Virus record (IMG/VR): IMGVR_UViG_2778261179_000003
Source of the DNA: a virus
Lineage: Duplodnaviria; Heunggongvirae; Uroviricota; Caudoviricetes
Length of the DNA: 4,964 bases
Strand: one strand, 5' to 3'
A model generated the notes under the pieces. It saw only the letters and a list, made by a program, of their open reading frames with translations, did no database searches and was not told the origin of the DNA. Shown here piece by piece: positions 1-4,964 of the stretch. Each line of letters opens with the position of its first letter. Positions within the stretch are counted from its first letter, which is position 1. Both the position numbers and the translations under genes were made by a program.

Positions 1-71
1 CCGTTCATTTTACGGATTGCTTTCGTCGCGTCGCTGATAACGAGAATATCGTCTTTAAGGTCGCGGTCTGA
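1..71 (-). other. Predicted start of a C-terminal intramolecular chaperone / self-cleaving peptidase S74-type domain of the tail fibre (continues beyond the window)
   Basis: In the stf frame, codons at 71..54 read S-D-R-D-L-K followed by DDILVISDATKAIRKMN. This gives a Ser and a Lys five residues apart inside an SDxxLKxxI-type motif, which matches my recollection of the catalytic Ser-Lys dyad signature at the start of endosialidase-chaperone (S74) domains in phage tail fibres and tailspikes. Recognition is from memory only. Confidence 0.45.
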
Positions 72-3000
72 TGACTGATTCAGCGTTGTGCAATTAATAG
101 CGCCATTTACATCAAACAACTGGCCTGCTGATGTTTTTTGCGCATAAAACAGATACGCAGCAGACGTTCCAACCTCAAAAACGTTTTGTCGATCACTTGA
201 TCCCCATACTTTTGCGGCAAATGATAGTTCTGTATTACCTAAGTTCTGTAAAATAAAACGATTGCCAGTCCCTGTTTGTTTTGTAAGGGTTAAATCAACA
301 GTTGAGTTAACCTCATCCTTGTTGATAGTGAGCGCCTGCGCTTTAGCCCCGTTAACAGCACCTGTTTTGAGTTGAACCGCGCCGTCATTACCATTTAGCA
401 GTATCTCAGCTCCGCTAAAGAAATTTTTTAGCGACAGCATCTTACTTACGCCGACTGATGAACCCAACGCCCACGCGAGAGAATTACCGGTGCTATCAAA
501 CCCACGTACAAAGCAATCCATTTTGCTATAGTCTGACGTGCTTCCAAGGACATCAATTCGCCCTCCGCCAGATTTTACCGGGTTAGATGTGGTTAATGAC
601 CTGACAGCAAGATCGGTAGATGAATTGAGATCGTCTACTGTTAATAGTCGTTTCCATCCCTTATCAACCCCAGCCTCAAAGCTTCTTGCCCAAAATTTGG
701 AGTTGCGACCGGCGAATTGTGTGACGTAATTACCGCTAAATTGAGCATGGAACCCGCCAACAACCATTGTTCCGTCAGGACCGCCTGCGCTCCCTGCTAT
801 TGGCTTAAACTTATTTACATTCTCTGTATGTTGAGTGCTCCAGTTTTGCCCTGTGTGAACAACCAATCCCTGATAAGAACTGAAGGTACCATCAAGGTTA
901 AAATTAAAGAACTTGCTGTTCCCTGAATTATTTATGTCCCTGACAACAATTTCACCAGAAGCGTTAGCGGCCCTTAGTTCAGTTTGATCGACAACCGGAC
1001 CGCCTTCGGATTGTAATCTTTGAGAAACAAATGTTCTGTTTGAAACTTCCGTACCATACGCGGTGAAAGATTGTGTTGCTTTAATCTGACCATTGTTTAC
1101 AAATATAGGAATAGTGACGGTAAAATTTTTGTCAAAACTCAGGCCATTTGTTAATGCAATCCTTTCTGACACCCCTTGTCTGAACGGAAGGTTGCTGTAG
1201 AAGCCATGTTCACCGCCAGTGAAGTCAAGAACATTTTTAACAAAGTTCTTGTCGTTATCCTCCGTTGACGTTGATACACCAAACTTATATCTAACCCCGT
1301 TGTCACCAATTACGTAGTCTTCTGTTGGTACAGTAACTCGCGCTTTAAAGCCTGTTTGCAATAATATCGGGAAAGCGGATTTATGGATATAGAACGCTAC
1401 ATATTGCTGGTAATCTTTCTTCGATACTTTAAGGCAAAGTATCCCTAGCTCATTTTTGTCATAGGCAACAAATGAGCCGCAAGCTATGCCACCGCATCGA
1501 AAATATCCACTAAATGTATTGCTATTCATCGGGTCTGATGCTGAACGCCCTGCTGTTTTTATATCAATAGGACATGCCAGGTTGCCGTAACCTTCCATTG
1601 CGGATGTGTCTATTATGACAGGGTAGTATTTGCCATCCTCTGCACCTTCTGGCGCTTGCAAGGTTATAGCTTTGGTTAATCCACCCTCAGGGATTTGCAA
1701 ATTAGTTTTGGCGTCATTAAGGCTATTTGCGCCAGTGCCACCCTGGGCTAAACCTAACGGAGACCATTTTCCAGAAGAAGAATTATAAACCCCCCAATTC
1801 CCGTTTGTATGGATTTCAAGGAAACGATCACCAGTTGGGCCATATACGCGAGTTGTTGATTCATTTTGACTAAAGCGGCTTACTTCATCCTTTCTTGCGT
1901 GACGGGTCCATTGCGGGCCAGAACTTTGGCTGTAAATGTACGAATACAATGATTTTGTATCTGAACCAACAAATAGACCGGAATATCTTTTTGTTGACAC
2001 TTCTGATCTAACTATATAACCAGAAATAAGATTATCCCCGGCACTAGACGCTACTGATGGATAACCTTTCGCTGAGATGTAAATCCTGACAAATCCAATA
2101 TAACCTGATGGCTCAACAGAGATATCAGTGCAGGTCATGGCAACTTCACCAAGACCAATATTGTTACCAACAACGGATTGTGCCTGGTTGCGATAATTAA
2201 GTGCGTCCGCCGCAGATTTCGCCGCGTTTGTTTCACTGGATTTAGCATTAGTTTCGCTGGCTTTAGCGTTTGTTTCGCTGCTCTTTGCTGCTGCCTCGCT
2301 ATTTTTCGCGTTGGTTTCTGATTTTTTGGCTGCTGTCGCGGAGTTTGCCGATGCAGTTTGTGAGTCTGCTGCCGCCTGTGCGCTGTTATCCGCATTCGTC
2401 TCAGACGTTTTTGCGGCCTTCGCGGAATTTCCTGCCGCCGTTGCCGAGGAAGCGGCATTACTGGCGCTCGAGGCTGCGCTCGTTTCTGATGATTTCGCTG
2501 CCTCTTTTGAGGCCGCCGCATCCCGGGCTGAGGTGGCAGCTTCTGACGCTTTCGTGGTCGCGGTGGATGCAGAAGTGGCTGCAGATTTTTGTGACGCTGC
2601 AGCATTCGTTTCTGACGTTTTCGCCGCACCGGCACTGGTAGCCGCCGCGCTTTTTGAGGACTCTGCAGCGGCAGCACTTTTTGATGCTTCAGTAGCCTTT
2701 GTTGATGCCGTTCCTGCGCTGGAAGACGCTGACTGAGCCGACGTCGCGGCCTGCCCGGCTGATGTGCTGGCTGCACGTGCTGAGCCTGCAGCATCAGTCG
2801 CATGGGTTGCCGCCTCACGGGCTGATGTGCCGGCATCGCTGGCTGACTTCTTCGCGGCTGCCGTGTTCTGTTCCACTGCGGACGCGTTACGCGCCACCTC
2901 TTCCACCATCAGTTCAAAGCGGCGCAGTGCCTCCGGACGGGCATCATCCTCCGTCATGGCACCGAGAAAATCATTCAGCGTACCCGGTTGTGAGTCTTCA

Positions 3001-3233
3001 TACACGGTGATGATCCCGGCATGCGATGGCGGGAAGCCTTCCACCAACAGAATAACGCTGTACTGACCGTACTCAACGTCCATGCTGTAACGCCCGGCTT
3101 CATCCGGATTTTCAGATGCCACCGTGTTCACCACCACCGTGGTGCTGTTACGTTTTGCTTTCAGCTGGATTGTGCAGTTCTGTACCGGTTTACCTGCACC
3201 GTCTTTCAGTACACCTGAAATCTTTACTGCCAT
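1..3233 (-). CDS. stf: Side tail fibre protein (Stf-like), 5' end complete, 3' end truncated by the window edge; more than 1070 codons in the window
   Basis: Minus-strand ATG at 3233..3231, preceded by an in-frame stop at 3275..3273 and a G-rich stretch (GTGGGGTG, complement of 3237..3244) just upstream. Hand translation begins MAVKISGVLKDGAGKPVQNCTIQLKAKRNSTTVVVNTVASENPDEAGRYSMDVEYGQYSV..., which I recognise as the conserved N-terminus of lambda-family side tail fibres. Frame checked by codon at 3233, about 2100-2160 (IGLGEVAMTCTDISVEPSGY), about 1680-1760 (PLGLAQGGTGANSLNDAKTNLQIPEGG), about 1503-1535 (DPMNSNTFSGY) and 3-80 (NQSSDRDLKDDILVISDATKAIRKMN); no stop met in this frame. Absent from the ORF track only because there is no stop within the window. 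Positions 1-2 are a partial codon. Confidence 0.88.
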   Translation of the reverse strand, partial: MAVKISGVLKDGAGKPVQNCTIQLKAKRNSTTVVVNTVASENPDEAGRYSMDVEYGQYSVILLVEGFPPSHAGIITVYEDSQPGTLNDFLGAMTEDDARPEALRRFELMVEEVARNASAVEQNTAAAKKSASDAGTSAREAATHATDAAGSARAASTSAGQAATSAQSASSSAGTASTKATEASKSAAAAESSKSAAATSAGAAKTSETNAAASQKSAATSASTATTKASEAATSARDAAASKEAAKSSETSAASSASNAASSATAAGNSAKAAKTSETNADNSAQAAADSQTASANSATAAKKSETNAKNSEAAAKSSETNAKASETNAKSSETNAAKSAADALNYRNQAQSVVGNNIGLGEVAMTCTDISVEPSGYIGFVRIYISAKGYPSVASSAGDNLISGYIVRSEVSTKRYSGLFVGSDTKSLYSYIYSQSSGPQWTRHARKDEVSRFSQNESTTRVYGPTGDRFLEIHTNGNWGVYNSSSGKWSPLGLAQGGTGANSLNDAKTNLQIPEGGLTKAITLQAPEGAEDGKYYPVIIDTSAMEGYGNLACPIDIKTAGRSASDPMNSNTFSGYFRCGGIACGSFVAYDKNELGILCLKVSKKDYQQYVAFYIHKSAFPILLQTGFKARVTVPTEDYVIGDNGVRYKFGVSTSTEDNDKNFVKNVLDFTGGEHGFYSNLPFRQGVSERIALTNGLSFDKNFTVTIPIFVNNGQIKATQSFTAYGTEVSNRTFVSQRLQSEGGPVVDQTELRAANASGEIVVRDINNSGNSKFFNFNLDGTFSSYQGLVVHTGQNWSTQHTENVNKFKPIAGSAGGPDGTMVVGGFHAQFSGNYVTQFAGRNSKFWARSFEAGVDKGWKRLLTVDDLNSSTDLAVRSLTTSNPVKSGGGRIDVLGSTSDYSKMDCFVRGFDSTGNSLAWALGSSVGVSKMLSLKNFFSGAEILLNGNDGAVQLKTGAVNGAKAQALTINKDEVNSTVDLTLTKQTGTGNRFILQNLGNTELSFAAKVWGSSDRQNVFEVGTSAAYLFYAQKTSAGQLFDVNGAINCTTLNQSSDRDLKDDILVISDATKAIRKMN
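2200..2890 (-). repeat. Low-complexity, G+C-rich Ala/Ser/Thr/Lys/Glu/Asn-rich coding region within stf (predicted fibre shaft)
   Basis: Hand translation of the stf frame here is dominated by motifs such as AAKTSETNA, SAATSASTATTKASEAATSA and KSSETNAKASETNAKSSETNAAKS. The GCN-rich composition also generates the long spurious ORFs seen in other frames and on the plus strand in this interval. Confidence 0.75.
2226..2288 (-). repeat. Three tandem imperfect 21-nt repeats, in frame with stf, encoding heptads AKSSETN / AKASETN / AKSSETN
   Basis: Plus strand: gtttgtttcactggatttagc (2226..2246), attagtttcgctggctttagc (2247..2267), gtttgtttcgctgctctttgc (2268..2288). The reverse complement of each unit translates in the stf frame to a 7-residue unit. 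Confidence 0.7.
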
Positions 3234-3244
3234 ATTCACCCCAC

Positions 3245-3271
3245 AAAAAAGCCCGCCTGAACCGGCGGGCT
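3245..3271 (-). terminator. Rho-independent terminator downstream of lom, immediately upstream of the stf start
   Basis: Plus-strand GCCCGCC (3251..3257), 6-nt loop, GGCGGGC (3264..3270), a perfect inverted repeat; on the minus-strand transcript the hairpin is followed directly by a U6 tract (complement of A-run 3245..3250). About 27 nt downstream of the lom stop. Confidence 0.6.
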
Positions 3272-3297
3272 GTCATAACACTGTGTTACCTGGCTAA

Positions 3298-3897
3298 TCA
3301 GAACTTATAACCGACACCCACGATGAAACCGTCAGTGCGCCAGTCGCCACTGCCGGAGCCTTCATAAGCAATATCAATGGCCACGGATTCGGTCGGGTTA
3401 AACTGCACGCCAGCCCCCCACGCCAGAGACGTGTTGCTGCGGCGACCGTCATCACTTCCGGTCAGCACTTCGTGCGTTTTCCCCTTGTTGTCAGTTACGC
3501 GGAGATAATCCCCGGAGAAAGTCGAAATACGGCTGTAAGCCACACCCGCCATCGCATACGCGCTGAACCATTCATTCACGCGCACAGACGGCCCCGCCAT
3601 CACGCTGAACCAGCGGTTACGCACGGAATCTTCATGCCAGCGGGTATCGCTGTAATGAGTCAGCTGGCGATTCTTGTCTTCTGCATAGCTGAATGACGTC
3701 ACCATCCCCAGCGTGTCCGTAAACTCATAACGGTATTTCACGTTAATCCCGTTAAGATCATCGCTGCCGGGAACGTTCGTCGAGGCATGAAGATACCCCG
3801 CGCTCAGCGAGGACTGATGTTCAGACGCCCATGCAGGCGCACCGGATACGACCAGACAGATGGCTGCGGACAAAATGGCTGCACAAACTTTACGCAT
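3298..3897 (-). CDS. lom: Lom outer-membrane protein (Ail/Lom/OmpX family 8-stranded beta-barrel), prophage lysogenic-conversion (moron) gene
   Basis: 199-aa ORF from the track: MRKVCAAILSAAICLVVSGAPAWASEHQSSLSAGYLHASTNVPGSDDLNGINVKYRYEFTD...GFIVGVGYKF. Near-identical along its length to lambda Lom as I recall it. N-terminal signal peptide with AWA-SE cleavage-type site; C-terminal aromatic residue (F) typical of outer-membrane beta-barrels. Shine-Dalgarno-like GAGAGG (complement of 3903..3908) 5 nt upstream of the ATG. Confidence 0.93.
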   Translation of the reverse strand: MRKVCAAILSAAICLVVSGAPAWASEHQSSLSAGYLHASTNVPGSDDLNGINVKYRYEFTDTLGMVTSFSYAEDKNRQLTHYSDTRWHEDSVRNRWFSVMAGPSVRVNEWFSAYAMAGVAYSRISTFSGDYLRVTDNKGKTHEVLTGSDDGRRSNTSLAWGAGVQFNPTESVAIDIAYEGSGSGDWRTDGFIVGVGYKF

Positions 3898-3902
3898 AAT
3901 TA

Positions 3903-3908
3903 CCTCTC
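3903..3908 (-). promoter_or_regulatory. Shine-Dalgarno-like ribosome-binding site for lom
   Basis: Minus-strand GAGAGG, 5-nt spacer, then ATG at 3897..3895. Confidence 0.5.
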
Positions 3909-3921
3909 GCTTTTCTGCAAT

Positions 3922-3945
3922 AAAAAAGGCGTCATTCCTGACGCC
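3922..3945 (-). terminator. Rho-independent terminator downstream of J, upstream of lom
   Basis: Plus-strand GGCGTCA (3928..3934), loop TTCC, TGACGCC (3939..3945), a perfect 7-bp inverted repeat; on the minus-strand transcript it is followed by U6 (complement of A-run 3922..3927). Lies 22 nt downstream of the J stop. The plus-strand side has an interrupted T-run (CTTTATT), so weak bidirectional activity is possible. Confidence 0.55.
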
Positions 3946-3967
3946 CTTTATTGGGGTTATAACAATT

Positions 3968-4964
3968 TCAACGAATACTGATGCCGGAAGCAGCCTTTTT
4001 GGTCACAATCACCGTACAGTCGGTGATATTGCCTGCCCCCTGATTGCCTTTCTGGAAAATCTTAAACTCCAGAGTGACGCTTCCCCTGCCACTCGGCATA
4101 TCAATAACCGCACTGTAACTACCGGGAATGGCCCCTTTAGTTTCTCTGGATGCGATTAATACGCCGTTTTTGCGAACTTCAAAACCATACCCCGTGTACC
4201 TTGTACCTCCCGGGTTATCACCACTTCCCGGATCGTCATACGCTATACCGTTAAAGATAATGGGCGGAATAATGATTTGACGGTCAAAGTTATGATCATC
4301 GCTGATGGTGACTGTAACCGTCCCGTCTGGTGTTTCCGTGTTACCCCACGTACCAGCCTTTTTCGGGAATGATTTGGATACTGTTTTAACAAAATCACCT
4401 CTGACCTGATTCGCCTCCAGCATGCCCTTAATCGTACAGTTTTCATTTATCGTGACGTTGTTGAGCGTCCCGGAGTTCGCATTCACACTGCCACTGATAT
4501 CCGCATTTTTAGCGGTCAGCTTTCCGTCCGGTGTCAGGGAAAATACCGGTGGATTTCCACCACTGGTAATGGTGGGGGCCGTCAGGCGTTTGAGGAACAC
4601 GTCGTTCATGAATATCTGGTTGCCCTGCGCCACAAACATCGGCGTTTCATTCCCGTTTGCCGGGTCAATAAACGCGATACGATTGGCGGCAACCAGAAAC
4701 TGGCTCAGTTTGCCTTCCTCTGTATCCTCCATGCTGAGGCCAAGCCCCGCGACATAATGCTTACCGTCTTCGGTCTGCTCAATTTTGACGCCCCACATGG
4801 CATTCCATTTATCGTTGGCGTCTTTCCACTCTTTCGAAAACTCATCCAGTCTGCTGGCGTTATCCTCCGTCAGGTCGACTTTTTCCAGCAGCTCCTTGCC
4901 GAGATGGGATTCGGTTATCTGGCCTTTGAAAAAATCCAGGTAACCTTCCGCATCATCGCTCGCC
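3968..4964 (-). CDS. J: Host specificity protein J / central tail fibre, C-terminal part (5' end outside window), including the receptor-binding C-terminal domain
   Basis: ORF-track entry 3968..4798 starts at an internal Met; the same frame stays open upstream to the window edge (hand translation of 4799..4963: [55 protein letters not shown], then [84 protein letters not shown]...). This is closely similar to the C-terminal region of lambda J as I recall it; the last roughly 150 residues are clearly more divergent. Position 4964 is a partial codon. Confidence 0.92.
   Translation of the reverse strand, partial: ASDDAEGYLDFFKGQITESHLGKELLEKVDLTEDNASRLDEFSKEWKDANDKWNAMWGVKIEQTEDGKHYVAGLGLSMEDTEEGKLSQFLVAANRIAFIDPANGNETPMFVAQGNQIFMNDVFLKRLTAPTITSGGNPPVFSLTPDGKLTAKNADISGSVNANSGTLNNVTINENCTIKGMLEANQVRGDFVKTVSKSFPKKAGTWGNTETPDGTVTVTISDDHNFDRQIIIPPIIFNGIAYDDPGSGDNPGGTRYTGYGFEVRKNGVLIASRETKGAIPGSYSAVIDMPSGRGSVTLEFKIFQKGNQGAGNITDCTVIVTKKAASGISIR

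Noticed and set aside
538-926. Plus-strand ORFs 538..729 and 717..926 (63 and 69 aa)
   Set aside because: Short, lie entirely antisense within the continuous stf reading frame, and their translations have no recognisable features.
2135-2836. 233-aa minus-strand ORF from the track, extremely Arg/Gln/Pro/Lys-rich (MPAHQPVRRQPMRLMLQ...)
   Set aside because: It is in a different frame from the stf ORF that spans the same interval, and its composition is what a frame-shifted reading of a GCN-rich Ala/Ser/Thr repeat region produces. No independent start signals. An overlapping-frame artefact.
2270-3066. Four plus-strand ORFs from the track (2270..2641, 2311..2736, 2699..3010, 2764..3066), including a 141-aa Ala-rich one
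   Set aside because: All are antisense to the repetitive G+C-rich part of stf; Ala-rich or Pro/Arg-rich low-complexity translations are the expected antisense artefact of GCN-repeat coding sequence. No RBS or promoter context.
1-3233. Possibility that stf is a frameshifted pseudogene, as in some laboratory lambda strains
   Set aside because: The single frame starting at 3233 stayed open and gave sensible protein sequence at every point I checked from 3233 to 3. I could not exhaustively verify every codon by hand, so a full six-frame translation should confirm it.
3021-3310. Plus-strand ORFs 3021..3218 and 3116..3310
   Set aside because: Antisense to the conserved stf N-terminus, and the second runs across the terminator hairpin and the lom stop. 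Most likely chance ORFs.
3928-3952. The J-lom hairpin as a plus-strand terminator
   Set aside because: The plus-strand T-tract after the stem is interrupted (CTTTATT) and there is no plus-strand gene upstream to terminate. The minus-strand reading, with a perfect U6, is the functional one.
3472-4159. Plus-strand ORFs 3472..3696, 3787..3981 and 3860..4159
   Set aside because: Antisense to lom, or spanning the lom start, intergenic terminator and J stop. No coding signal of their own; chance ORFs.
4243-4757. ORFs 4243..4446 (minus, 67 aa) and 4422..4757 (plus, 111 aa) inside J
   Set aside because: Both overlap the J reading frame, either out of frame or antisense, with no similarity to anything I recognise. 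J fully accounts for this region.
1-4964. Search for CRISPR repeats, tRNA or attachment sites, integrase, toxin-antitoxin pairs or defence-system genes
   Set aside because: No regularly spaced direct repeats, no tRNA-like cloverleaf sequence, and no additional convincing ORFs outside the three tail-region genes. The window is fully accounted for by J, lom, stf and two terminators.

Overview
This window reads as the distal tail region of a lambda-like (lambdoid) prophage of an enterobacterium, with all three genes on the minus strand. From high to low coordinates: the 3' end of the central tail fibre / host-specificity gene J (3968..4964, 5' end outside the window), the lysogenic-conversion outer-membrane protein gene lom (3298..3897), and a very long side tail fibre gene stf (start codon at 3233, open in one frame to position 1, 3' end outside the window). 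The supplied ORF track does not list the stf frame because it has no stop codon inside the window; I translated it by hand and spot-checked the frame at four places. Each of the two intergenic gaps carries a minus-strand hairpin plus U-tract terminator. The most interesting content is the tail fibre itself, which is mosaic: a lambda-Stf-like N-terminus, a G+C-rich Ala/Ser/Thr-rich shaft with in-frame heptad tandem repeats, then an A+T-richer distal module of about 700 codons that I cannot assign to any family, ending at the window edge in a Ser-Asp-x-x-x-Lys signature typical of self-cleaving intramolecular chaperone (peptidase S74) domains. I see no CRISPR array, tRNA, integrase, toxin-antitoxin or recognisable defence system; the candidate for novelty is the uncharacterised receptor-binding module of the side tail fibre and, secondarily, the divergent C-terminus of J. 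Comparisons to lambda proteins are from memory, not from a database search.
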